The position numbers were made by a program, and so were the translations under genes. The notes under the pieces were generated by a model. That model did not search any database, had not been told where the DNA came from, and saw nothing but the letters and a program-made list of their open reading frames with translations. This document shows, piece after piece, positions 1-7,750 of a DNA stretch of 47,026 nt. Each line of letters begins with the position of its first letter. The stretch's first letter is position 1. Origin of the DNA: a virus (taxonomy: Duplodnaviria > Caudoviricetes). The stretch is from IMG/VR virus record IMGVR_UViG_3300035562_000054, positions 1 to 47,026 of that record. One strand, 5' to 3'.

Positions 1-127
1 CAATATTGTAACGAGTGCTCCCGGCCTGGTGCCGATAAGATCCATTATGTTAAATAGCGCCGATTTTCGCTAAATCATCCTTCTGATACACATTACATAC
101 ACACAGACTTGTCATTGTTTCATTGAT
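1..127. repeat. Terminal direct repeat, identical to 46900-47026 (circular contig overlap)
   Basis: Bases 1-127 (caatattgta...cattgat) recur exactly at the end of the window; 127 is a common assembler k-mer length. Confidence 0.95.
28..55 (+). other. XerC/XerD recombination core site (psi/dif-like multimer resolution site)
   Basis: GGTGCCGATAA-GATCCA-TTATGTTAAAT. The XerD arm is identical to E. coli dif, the XerC arm is dif-like, and the GATCCA spacer is that of pSC101 psi. Confidence 0.9.
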
Positions 128-144
128 GTGTATAATGTACACAT
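109..144 (+). promoter_or_regulatory. hicAB promoter with overlapping palindromic operator
   Basis: TTGTCA(109-114)-16 bp-TATAAT(131-136); inverted repeat ATGTGTA/TACACAT (126-144) covers the -10 box. Confidence 0.65.
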
Positions 145-168
145 TGAAATTTGGTCGGGGACAGAACG

Positions 169-354
169 TTGAGGAGTGCGGATCTAATAAAGATGCTTGA
201 AGCTCAGGGATGGGAACTGAAACGGGTAAATGGTAGTCATCACCAGTTTAAACACCCGGACTTCCCCAGCGTGGTAACGGTGCCGCATCCCAAATCAGAA
301 TTAAGCAAAGGAACGCTTAATTCAATTTTAAAAACGGCAGGACTCAAAAAATAA
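169..354 (+). CDS. hicA: HicA mRNA interferase toxin
   Basis: About 61 aa with the HicA signature GW..RVNGSHHQFKHP...VTVPHP...GTLNSILKTAGL; probable TTG start at 169. Confidence 0.92.
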   Translation: MRSADLIKMLEAQGWELKRVNGSHHQFKHPDFPSVVTVPHPKSELSKGTLNSILKTAGLKK

Positions 355-399
355 CCGGAGGTGGCCGCTGGCCATCCTCGCCATAGTGAGAGCAACATT

Positions 400-813
400 A
401 TGTTTTATCCAGCATATATCCACAAAACAGAAATGGGTCCCGGCTATAGCGGATTTTTCCCAGGCGTGCCGGGTTGTATTTTCGCGGGGGAATCGTTCGA
501 AGAGGCGTTAGCCGATGCCCACAGCGCGTTAAATGCTCACTTTGAGTTTAGTGCTGATGAAGGTTGCGAGATCCCAGAAGGTGCGCCGATGGAAAACTAT
601 CTCAATGATGAGGACTGCCAGGGCGGTATCTGGGCTGGCGTTTCTATCGACATGACTAAATTTGACAGTAAAGCCAAACGAGTCCAGATCACTTTATCTG
701 GTGGCCTGCTGGCGCGGATTGATTATATCGTTGAAAAATCTGGTGGACTTTATGCCTCTCGTAGCGGCTTTCTGGCTGATGCTGCCCGCCATGAGTTGGA
801 GCGGCGTTACTGA
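400..813 (+). CDS. hicB: HicB antitoxin (C-terminal RHH)
   Basis: MFYPAYIH...FPGVPGCIFAGESFEEAL N-domain and a KRVQITL...SRSGFLA RHH domain; lies directly after hicA. Confidence 0.92.
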   Translation: MFYPAYIHKTEMGPGYSGFFPGVPGCIFAGESFEEALADAHSALNAHFEFSADEGCEIPEGAPMENYLNDEDCQGGIWAGVSIDMTKFDSKAKRVQITLSGGLLARIDYIVEKSGGLYASRSGFLADAARHELERRY

Positions 814-817
814 ATGC

Positions 818-848
818 CAGATAGCCCGCTACGCGCGCGGGCTATCTG
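818..848. terminator. Hairpin between convergent genes (probable terminator)
   Basis: CAGATAGCCCGC-loop-GCGGGCTATCTG, a perfect 12-bp stem. Confidence 0.6.
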
Positions 849-855
849 ATCACTG

Positions 856-1176
856 TTACGTATGATCATTCATCTCTGAAATGCGATTTTGATAAACATC
901 CTGAGCTTTCTCATTACCGGCGTTAGTCAGCCCGAAAGCAAGTTTCAGGGACTGGCGATCGCGGTACTTATTGAGTAAACCATGTTGCGTCAGCGTATGG
1001 CAGGAACGCCGAAAATTGGTATCGGCCACTGGGTTAAACCGCCCACGATTGAGAATATCTAAAAGTTGCATAGCCGGTATCGGGCCATCGACGTTCTTAC
1101 GTTCCGTCAGACCATACAGCACAAACAGAATATCTTTTTGCACACCAGAGAGGCGCGTTGAGACTTGGTTATTCAT
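856..1176 (-). CDS. Putative winged-helix DNA-binding protein
   Basis: 106 aa; helix-turn-helix-like segment followed by GLLNKYRD...LAFGLTNAG, a typical wing motif; repeated operator-like sites lie upstream. Confidence 0.6.
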   Translation of the reverse strand: MNNQVSTRLSGVQKDILFVLYGLTERKNVDGPIPAMQLLDILNRGRFNPVADTNFRRSCHTLTQHGLLNKYRDRQSLKLAFGLTNAGNEKAQDVYQNRISEMNDHT

Positions 1177-1268
1177 GTGTCACATCAATAATGGGTTTGC
1201 CATGAATGCTACCGTTAAAGATGTGACACATCAATAAAAAAAGCGAAGGGATCAGACCTTACATGGAA

Positions 1269-1389
1269 GATATAAAGATATATTTATATAAATATATCAA
1301 AAATGGCTTGCATGATAGGACTAAAAGTCCTATTATCTACTCATCGGCCGGGCACAACGTCAGGGCTACATGAGGAGATAGACAAGATG
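1269..1389 (+). promoter_or_regulatory. Repeated promoter/operator module, copy 1
   Basis: AT palindrome (1277-1298), -35 TTGCAT (1308), operator TAGGACTAAAAGTCCTA (1316-1332), -10 TATTAT, conserved 5' UTR, RBS GAGGAG, ATG at 1387. Confidence 0.9.
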
Positions 1390-1962
1390 ATCAAATCCAT
1401 TAAGTTAGACAACGGTAAAGAGTATCGCCTGTTCACTTCCCGCATGGAGGTAGAAGTTAAAACCTCCCGTATTCATACGGAAACAGGTTATCCGATCTGG
1501 ATGCGAGTTAATGGAGTGCGTGTAATCGCACAGGTCATTTCCGCAATTGCAGATGCAGACCACGCCGAAGCGCTAGAAATGACCGCTGCCATTGAGTGGG
1601 CTAAAATCACTCCAGAACAACGCGCAATTCACGAAGCCCGCGTAATCTTTGGAATCAGTCTGAAAGACAAACACAATACGGATGATGTTTTTGAGGCGTG
1701 TCACGCCGAAGCTTTGGAAGAGGAAAAGCGATACGCCTGCGCCTGGCTTGCTCTCGCGTCTTATCCTTCTTTTACTCAATTAGATAACGAGATTCAGCGC
1801 CGCCGCGCTCTTGAAGCCGCCTATGCCGAAGCTCTGGATATGGAAGCCGCACGAAACCTGAACGCCCGCCAAGCTCGCTTTGTATTCCATAACACAGCGG
1901 CAGAACGAGCGGAGGCTATCGAGGCAGCTCACGCCGAAGCGCTAAAAATTAATATTAGGTGA
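1387..1962 (+). CDS. Hypothetical protein with four HAEAL-type repeats
   Basis: ATG follows the module RBS; contains DHAEALEM, CHAEALEE, AYAEALDM and AHAEALKI. Confidence 0.8.
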   Translation: MIKSIKLDNGKEYRLFTSRMEVEVKTSRIHTETGYPIWMRVNGVRVIAQVISAIADADHAEALEMTAAIEWAKITPEQRAIHEARVIFGISLKDKHNTDDVFEACHAEALEEEKRYACAWLALASYPSFTQLDNEIQRRRALEAAYAEALDMEAARNLNARQARFVFHNTAAERAEAIEAAHAEALKINIR

Positions 1963-1970
1963 TGGGGAAT

Positions 1971-2083
1971 GATATAAATATATATTTATATCAAAAGTGG
2001 CTTGCATGGTAGGACTAAAAGTCCTATTATCTATTCATCGGCCGGACACATCGTCAAGGCCATTTGAAGAGATAGAAACCATG
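1971..2083 (+). promoter_or_regulatory. Repeated promoter/operator module, copy 2
   Basis: GATATAAATATATATTTATATC (1971-1992), TTGCAT (2002), operator (2010-2026), same UTR, ATG at 2081. Confidence 0.9.
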
Positions 2084-2392
2084 ACCTCAATCGAAATCGC
2101 AAACATCATCCTTTCCCAGCTGGGCGGCCGTCGCTTTACTGTTATGACCGGCGCTAAAAATTACATGGCCCTGAAATCTGGTTTACAGCTGGATTTGCCG
2201 AAGAAAGCGCATTACGTGAAAAACGGGATCTCTCGCCTCTGGATCGAGCTGACCCCGGCTGATACTTACACTATCAAGGCGTGGAAAATTCGTGGGATGA
2301 ATGCCCAGCTGGTGGACACAGTGGAAAATGTATATTGCGATGAATTACAGTCCACCTTTACTGAACTGACAGGTTTGGACACTCATTTATAA
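2081..2392 (+). CDS. Conserved phage/plasmid hypothetical protein
   Basis: The pattern IANIILSQLGG..F..MTGAK...VYCDELQSTFTELTGL resembles a widespread mobile-element family of unknown function. Confidence 0.8.
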   Translation: MTSIEIANIILSQLGGRRFTVMTGAKNYMALKSGLQLDLPKKAHYVKNGISRLWIELTPADTYTIKAWKIRGMNAQLVDTVENVYCDELQSTFTELTGLDTHL

Positions 2393-2419
2393 AAACAGGC
2401 CCCTTCGGGGGCCTTTTTG
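2391..2419 (+). terminator. Rho-independent terminator
   Basis: AGGCCCC-TTCG-GGGGCCT followed by TTTT. Confidence 0.75.
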
Positions 2420-2433
2420 CCAAAGGAACCATT

Positions 2434-2739
2434 ATGACTACGGCTGATATCATGAACGCTCAGGCGCGCGCCATCGAGCAAGGGTTAAACCCAGCCACCT
2501 TGTGCCCGTTCTCTAATGGATGGGCGCGCCCCTCCCCTGATGATGTGCGTTTAGTTCTACAGCTGGCGGGGTTCACTGAATCCCAGGCTGGCCAGTACGT
2601 AGGCGTTGACCCACGGAACATACGTAAATGGAAAGCGGGCGCACCGGCTCCGACTTACGGCGGCTGGTGTCTACTGGTGTATGCGGCGGGGCTGGGGATA
2701 ATCCCCGATAACACCGCCTTCGATATCGTTAAGATATAA
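2434..2739 (+). CDS. korC: KorC-like HTH transcriptional repressor
   Basis: LCPF.NGWARPSPDDVRLVLQLAGFT.SQAG..VG...RNIRKW.....P.YGGWCLL...AGLG parallels IncP RK2 KorC (LRPAERWVQPTGAEIREVLHLAGLTG...RTVRRW...IPYAAWAILCDLAGIG). Confidence 0.85.
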   Translation: MTTADIMNAQARAIEQGLNPATLCPFSNGWARPSPDDVRLVLQLAGFTESQAGQYVGVDPRNIRKWKAGAPAPTYGGWCLLVYAAGLGIIPDNTAFDIVKI

Positions 2740-2845
2740 ATATATATTTATATCAAAAATGAGTTGCACATTAGGACTAAAAGTCCTATTATCTATTCAT
2801 CGGCCGGACGCACCGTCAAGGCTATTTGAAGAGATAAACAACATG
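2733..2845 (+). promoter_or_regulatory. Repeated promoter/operator module, copy 3
   Basis: Palindrome (2733-2754), TTGCAC (2764), operator (2772-2788), ATG at 2843. Confidence 0.9.
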
Positions 2846-3103
2846 ACTAAGAAAGCCGCCCCAGCGATCACTCTCCAGAACGATGGCACTTACTACCTGG
2901 AAGCCCGTGGAAACAAGATGACTCTGCGTTACCATGCAGACTGGGACCAGTGGGAAATGTTCTGTGATAACGCGGCGCGCCGTGCTTACAATGGTCCCGG
3001 CGTTACGATGTTCAATAGCCTGAAAGAGGTTGAGAAAAAATATAAGACCTGGGCGGGGATATGCCAAGTTGTGGCGCTGAATAATACCGGTAGAGCTCAT
3101 TGA
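2843..3103 (+). CDS. Hypothetical protein
   Basis: 86-aa ORF starting right after the module 3 RBS. Confidence 0.75.
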   Translation: MTKKAAPAITLQNDGTYYLEARGNKMTLRYHADWDQWEMFCDNAARRAYNGPGVTMFNSLKEVEKKYKTWAGICQVVALNNTGRAH

Positions 3104-3155
3104 CTGAGAGGCTGGGGAAACCCAGCCTTATCTACATCTGGATACAGGAGTTGTT

Positions 3156-3377
3156 ATGAAAACGTGGACCTATGAAGAGATAACAACATACGCCGAAAAG
3201 GAGATCATTAGTTTTATGGAAGCGGCCAAAATATTAAAAGATAAACCGTATAAGGCTGATGATTATCACTCCCTGGCTCAGGGGGTATTTTTCCTATGGA
3301 ATGGATTAACGATGGGTTGGCGTTCGAACAACGGCGACGAGGAGCGGCTTAAAGCCCTGCTCAATGACCGTCTATGA
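3156..3377 (+). CDS. Hypothetical protein
   Basis: 73 aa with an AGGAG RBS; second gene of cassette 3, after a hairpin at about 3109-3128. Confidence 0.75.
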   Translation: MKTWTYEEITTYAEKEIISFMEAAKILKDKPYKADDYHSLAQGVFFLWNGLTMGWRSNNGDEERLKALLNDRL

Positions 3378-3381
3378 GTGA

Positions 3382-3493
3382 GATATAAATATATATTTAT
3401 ATCAAAAATAGCTTGCATGATAGGACTAAAAGTCCTATTATCTCCACATCGGCCGGACACAACGTCAGGGCCATATGAGGAGATACACCAATG
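3382..3493 (+). promoter_or_regulatory. Repeated promoter/operator module, copy 4
   Basis: Palindrome (3382-3403), TTGCAT (3413), operator (3421-3437), ATG at 3491. Confidence 0.9.
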
Positions 3494-3787
3494 AGCTATG
3501 TAACTATTCGCCGTAACGCTTTCAAAAAAATTGCTTCTATCCTTGCTGAGGCTAAAGGCATTATTCATTGTTCCTCTGTAATGCGTATCGATGACGCCTA
3601 CGATTCATCAAGCCGACGTTCTGACGCTGAGGCCGCGTTAACCTGGCTGAAAGAGAATCAGGATGGCGCATCCGTCTACATGGACGAAAATCGTATGGTG
3701 ATCAGCGGCCCTTACTACTTTTGCGATTCCTTCACTGTTTATCTCTATGAGGCTGATTTTTCTACGGCGCTTAGTGAAATGAATTGA
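3491..3787 (+). CDS. Hypothetical protein
   Basis: 98-aa ORF after module 4; followed by the terminator GGGCCGC-AAAGA-GCGGCCC-TTT (3796-3819). Confidence 0.75.
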   Translation: MSYVTIRRNAFKKIASILAEAKGIIHCSSVMRIDDAYDSSSRRSDAEAALTWLKENQDGASVYMDENRMVISGPYYFCDSFTVYLYEADFSTALSEMN

Positions 3788-3865
3788 TAAAAAATGGGCC
3801 GCAAAGAGCGGCCCTTTCTGCATATGTGACGCGTCACAATACATTTATTTCATCATTTTTCGTTC

Positions 3866-5316
3866 ATGGTTAGGAGATTGAATCGACCATTTTTGAGAGC
3901 CATAACCATAGATCGTAGCGTGACACTCTCTCAGATGGCGGGGCTTAGTGAGCGATTACGCGTAAAAATGCCAGTTTTGCCGTGTTTTTAAGCGAAAACC
4001 CATTTTTCAGGCGCACTTATCCAAAGCCGGGGTCTGAAGCCATCGCTTTATCGCCCTCTGATGCAGCCTGTCAGAGAGCATTTTGGTGGCGTGCTCGCCA
4101 GCCACGGCGCCGGCAAAACGCAGTCGGCCCTTGCACAGAATGCACTGGTACGGGTCGGTACCCAGGAAGGCTTTCATCAGCACCGCGAACCCCGGCTTCT
4201 GCGGTTTCTCACGGGGCGTCATCTCCAACGCGTCGTAGACCTTCGGCAGCAGCGTGCCGCGTTTGCGGTTGGCCAGGAAGCCGTAGTAGCGCACCATTTT
4301 AAAGTGTCGGGACGGGATGTGGCTGACGTAACGCCACAGCATCTCCTCCTGGCTCAGTTTCTGGCGTTTGTGCTGCTGCGTGTTGTGGTCGTAATACTGA
4401 TGAACAACCGAACCACCACGGTAATGGCGGAGCTGCGACGCCGCCACCGGCGGCCGTTTCAGATAGCGGCCCAGATATTTCACGCTGCGCCAGGCACCGC
4501 GGGTCTTTTTAGCGAAGTGGACCTTCCAGTGACGCTGATATTGCGCCTGCAGGTAACGCTTCCACTGCTTCGCATCGCGGATATGACCGAGGTTGGGCAG
4601 CTTGCCGGGATTGACGCGATCGTAGCTGGCACGCAGCAGGCGGATAACGGCACCGCGCCAGATGGCTTCAACCTGCTGTTTTTTGAAAAACAGATCGCGC
4701 CAGACTGCGTGTTTGACATCGAGACCGCCGCGGGTGATGGAAACGTGGATGTGCGGGTGCTGATTGAGCTGGCGTCCGTAGGTGTGCAGGGCGCAGAAGA
4801 TGCCGACCTCGATGCCCAGCTTGCGCGCGTGCCTGAGCATGGCGCGGGTGGCGCAGCGAAACAGGTCATTGAGCAGTGGCCAGTTGTTGTTGAAGAACGG
4901 CCACAGCAGGTGCGGCATGGTGAAGGTGATATGTTGCCAGTCGCAGTCAGGCAGAATGTGCTGCTGCTCTGCAATCCACTGCTTTGAGGCCGCAGCTGCT
5001 GCAGGCCTTGGACTTGCAGGTCTGACAGAGAAAACGAGAGTGGGTACAGTCAGGTGAGCTGCAGCTATAGCGGCGAACGCCCATGGCGCAGGTCCCGCAG
5101 GCAAGCATGCGCTCGACAGAGAGTTTGGTCCAGTCAGAGAGTTGATGACCATTCTTCTCGAGGAAGCGTTCCCAGCCTTCGTTGTGCTGGAACAGAAGCT
5201 TTGCGGGTCGCGGTATGTACATGATGCACAGTATAAAATGCGTTGATGAAGGTGGAAAGGACTTCGGCTGCGCAGCAGACGAGCTCACGCCGTAGGCGTG
5301 CTAGCGTTCGCGGTCG
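3866..5316 (-). mobile_element. IS91-family insertion sequence (transposase frameshifted)
   Basis: On the minus strand an oriIS-like end TTCAATCTCCTAACCAT abuts the target tetramer GAAC (GTTC at 3862-3865). A hairpin-rich terIS-like end lies at about 5270-5316; its exact boundary is uncertain. Confidence 0.8.
4007..5222 (-). pseudogene. IS91-family Y2 (HUH) transposase, frameshift near 4983
   Basis: The Cys-rich zinc-binding N-terminus (CQTCKSKACSSCG) is in one frame; HITFT, LHTYG..L..HPHIH, YLGRY and RYYGFL are in another. Confidence 0.88.
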
Positions 5317-5477
5317 AGCCTGGCTAGCCCTTCATCCCCATCAGCGTTTCAGTGCTGACTACCCATGAGATTAAACCTCTCATCGTGTCATCGCTGGTTG
5401 GCGACAAATAGAGCGCCCCAGCTGGCAGAATCAAGTAATTTGTTCGTGAGCGTATTTTTACGCTCACGGGGAATGTT

Positions 5478-5657
5478 TTAAATATTGGATTCCAGCTTAT
5501 CAATACATTCAAAAATGATCTCATCCAGCTCGTTTCTGATTGGATTTGGGCCGTTTTGATATTCGTCGTATGAAGCCTCAAGCGCAGCTTTTAGCTCTCC
5601 GATAGCCCTTCGCAAAGCCTGGTGCTTTAGCGTTTGTAGAATTCGATTCTCGCTCAT
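5478..5657 (-). CDS. Small hypothetical protein (59 aa, not in the ORF track)
   Basis: MSENRILQTLKHQALRRAIGELKAALEAS...ESNI*; AAGGG upstream and a hairpin CGTGAGCGTA/TACGCTCACG downstream. Confidence 0.55.
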   Translation of the reverse strand: MSENRILQTLKHQALRRAIGELKAALEASYDEYQNGPNPIRNELDEIIFECIDKLESNI

Positions 5658-5731
5658 TTTATACCCTTGCTTGATATCATTGGATTAAGCAATTTGTTCA
5701 TGCCGGAGCATTGCCCCGGCATGTGTTTTAG

Positions 5732-5998
5732 TTATGGCCAGAACGGGTCTAAGAACCACTGAGTGATAATCCGTTTGTTTTCTGTGCTTAAAACACCGGC
5801 TGCGCGGGTTATGTCAAAATCCACGTTCCGCCCAAACCACACGGACAGGAAGAACCTCATAAGGATTTTTTCTCCACTACTCAAAGGGAGATCGTCCGGC
5901 GTTTTAACTTTCACTTCTCGCGCTTCAAAATTCCAGTACACGGCAAGGCTTGGGTACTGTTCCAGCATGTGTTGAAATTGAATTTGGTCATTAGTCAT
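5732..5998 (-). CDS. Hypothetical protein
   Basis: 88 aa with a GAGGG RBS; LSSGEKILMRFFLSVW motif; ends in PFWP. Confidence 0.7.
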   Translation of the reverse strand: MTNDQIQFQHMLEQYPSLAVYWNFEAREVKVKTPDDLPLSSGEKILMRFFLSVWFGRNVDFDITRAAGVLSTENKRIITQWFLDPFWP

Positions 5999-6013
5999 CG
6001 ATGTTCCCTCTCA

Positions 6014-6163
6014 TTAAGCGCTGGCGCGCATCAGGCTTTTGATAACAGCATTTCGGACCCACTCAGGGCGGGTTGATAGCAGGGCCATCAGTCGCCCAAC
6101 GGGGAGACGGTTGAGGTCTTTTAGACGTGTGCGGAATAACCTTGTATATTGCTGTTCAGACAT
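6014..6163 (-). CDS. Small hypothetical protein (49 aa, not in the ORF track)
   Basis: MSEQQYTRLFRTRLKDLNRLPVGRLMALLSTRPEWVRNAVIKSLMRASA*; fills the gap in the leftward operon; AAGGGG upstream. Confidence 0.5.
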   Translation of the reverse strand: MSEQQYTRLFRTRLKDLNRLPVGRLMALLSTRPEWVRNAVIKSLMRASA

Positions 6164-6225
6164 AACAAACACCCCTTTGTTGTGTCGAGGTGGCTACCGC
6201 TCCAACGGTGGCCACCTCACTGTAA

Positions 6226-6480
6226 TTAGCTGTGATTGGCTTTGTAGAATGCGAACATCTTCTCAAACAACTCTTTCATTTTGATATCGTTCGATGACGC
6301 ATAAGTTTTAAACTCGCGGTGAGTCTCTGGATCGAGCCGTAAAAGTAGCTGTTTTCCTCCATCAGACTCCCGTCCTGCTTTGGCCGTCGTTTCAATACCC
6401 GCCGCTGTATCTTCCAGCTTTGGCGGCTCCCCTTTGTTAGTTACTTTGCGTGCTGGTGGCTTGGTTTTTGGCGCGGCCAT
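6226..6480 (-). CDS. Type Ib partition adaptor (ribbon-helix-helix, ParG-like)
   Basis: 84 aa; flexible N-terminal tail with KGEPP and C-terminal QLLLRLDPETHREFKTYA...MKELF RHH; lies directly downstream of parA. Confidence 0.75.
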   Translation of the reverse strand: MAAPKTKPPARKVTNKGEPPKLEDTAAGIETTAKAGRESDGGKQLLLRLDPETHREFKTYASSNDIKMKELFEKMFAFYKANHS

Positions 6481-6492
6481 TCGATTTACTCC

Positions 6493-7140
6493 TTACGCGG
6501 TTAATGCTTCTACACGGTCAATAATGCCCTGAATTACATGCTCAGCGCGTTGGCGTGGTGCGGCATACTGACATTCAACAATGCTACGCCCTGTGTCCTG
6601 TGCCTTGCTGAGGGCCGGTTTACGGGGTATGAATCCATCAATAACTATATAGGGTGTTTTCCCCAGGTAGGCGCGTGCGCCCTCGTAATCGGATTCGTTC
6701 TCTGATACGCCACTAAAGGCGATCGCTAACTTCTCTGTAGGAACGCCAGCGCGAACCAGACTGTTAGCAGTGTTCACGGTGGATTCAAGGTCATCAAGGC
6801 TAAACGACGTTGGGATAACGGTAAGGGCGCATTGGTTGGCGATCTCGATGGTGGACTTTGACGCAAACGCGGCACAGTCGACGACTACCAGATCATATTG
6901 TTCGCTGTCTTGGTGCTTTTTCAGTTGAGTTACCGTTCCCAGTGACAGTACATCAAACACCGGCTCAAGCTGAGCGCTCATTCTGCGGCGCATCCAGTTA
7001 GCAAAAGTGGCCTGGCCTATATCCAGATCACCAACCATGACTTTCCAGTCAGCTTTTGCATATGAGACGGCCACGGCGCGGGCCAGGGTTGATTTTGTTA
7101 CTCCACCTTTACCGGATGCAAAGGCTATTGAAATGGTCAT
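6493..7140 (-). CDS. parA: ParA family partition ATPase
   Basis: Deviant Walker A (GKGGVTKST), DLD.Q motif and Walker B (YDLVVVD); short form lacking an N-terminal HTH. Confidence 0.92.
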   Translation of the reverse strand: MTISIAFASGKGGVTKSTLARAVAVSYAKADWKVMVGDLDIGQATFANWMRRRMSAQLEPVFDVLSLGTVTQLKKHQDSEQYDLVVVDCAAFASKSTIEIANQCALTVIPTSFSLDDLESTVNTANSLVRAGVPTEKLAIAFSGVSENESDYEGARAYLGKTPYIVIDGFIPRKPALSKAQDTGRSIVECQYAAPRQRAEHVIQGIIDRVEALTA

Positions 7141-7169
7141 TTGTCGAGACTCCGTTTCTATGATGGTTT

Positions 7170-7259
7170 GATATAAATATATATTTATATCACGGATGGG
7201 AGCATACAACAGGAGGGGCGGGGAGGCAATACATGATGATATAAATATATATTTATATC
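7170..7259. promoter_or_regulatory. Two perfect 22-bp palindromes upstream of parA (candidate centromere/operator)
   Basis: GATATAAATATATATTTATATC at 7170-7191 and 7238-7259. Confidence 0.7.
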
Positions 7260-7298
7260 TTTATAAGGGCGGGCCTTAGCCCGCAAGTGCTATTTATT

Positions 7299-7670
7299 TT
7301 ATATATTGCAACGCATTGTTTTTATGGATAAAATACAACCTTTAATCATTGTCAAAATTGCTTCTGGTAGCTCTCCGCTTGATTCGGTTTTTTCGTCGTT
7401 CTCGATGGATTCTGATAGTGAGGAGACCATGAGCGACACTCCAATCGAGCGGGCCGACAGTTTTATAATTTCCGGTATCAGGCCTGACTCTGATATGTCC
7501 CGAATGCTGCGGATAATCGCTACCTGTTCACTGGCAATACAGAACGCTGATTCCAGAAGGCCCGTTTCTTGTTCGTCTATATACGCTTCGATCATGCACT
7601 CAAGGGCTAGGGCGTTGGAGAGAGCTGAATTGGTTAGCATGGTGTACGCGGGGTATTGTTCCTGTTTCAT
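7299..7670 (-). CDS. Hypothetical protein
   Basis: 123-aa ORF downstream of the repressor gene, same strand. Confidence 0.6.
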   Translation of the reverse strand: MKQEQYPAYTMLTNSALSNALALECMIEAYIDEQETGLLESAFCIASEQVAIIRSIRDISESGLIPEIIKLSARSIGVSLMVSSLSESIENDEKTESSGELPEAILTMIKGCILSIKTMRCNI

Positions 7671-7750
7671 ATAGCGCTTCTCAATATGTAGTTTTTGACC
7701 CGCTGTGTGGTTATTTTAAGCAACAAAAAGCACGGCGCGCGTGCTTCCTG

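Noticed and set aside
1303-2842. Shared N-terminal peptide MACM(I/V)GLKVLLS.HRP in ORFs 1303, 1997 and 2759, suggesting a common protein domain
   Set aside because: It is the translation of the repeated promoter/operator DNA. These starts lie upstream of the -35 box, lack an RBS and are absent in copy 4 (ATA); the true starts follow the RBS 28 codons later.
1269-3493. Repeats as a CRISPR array or integron cassette array
   Set aside because: The repeats are about 115 bp, contain promoters and are separated by 500-650 bp of genes; there is no cas gene, integron integrase or attC-like structure.
3982-5057. Long alternative-frame ORFs (e.g. 4061-4987 +, 4480-4974 -)
   Set aside because: Shadow frames of the GC-rich IS91 transposase.
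7306-7674. Plus-strand 122-aa ORF opposite 7299-7670
   Set aside because: It fully overlaps a minus-strand ORF that is co-oriented with cI and parA and has the more plausible context.
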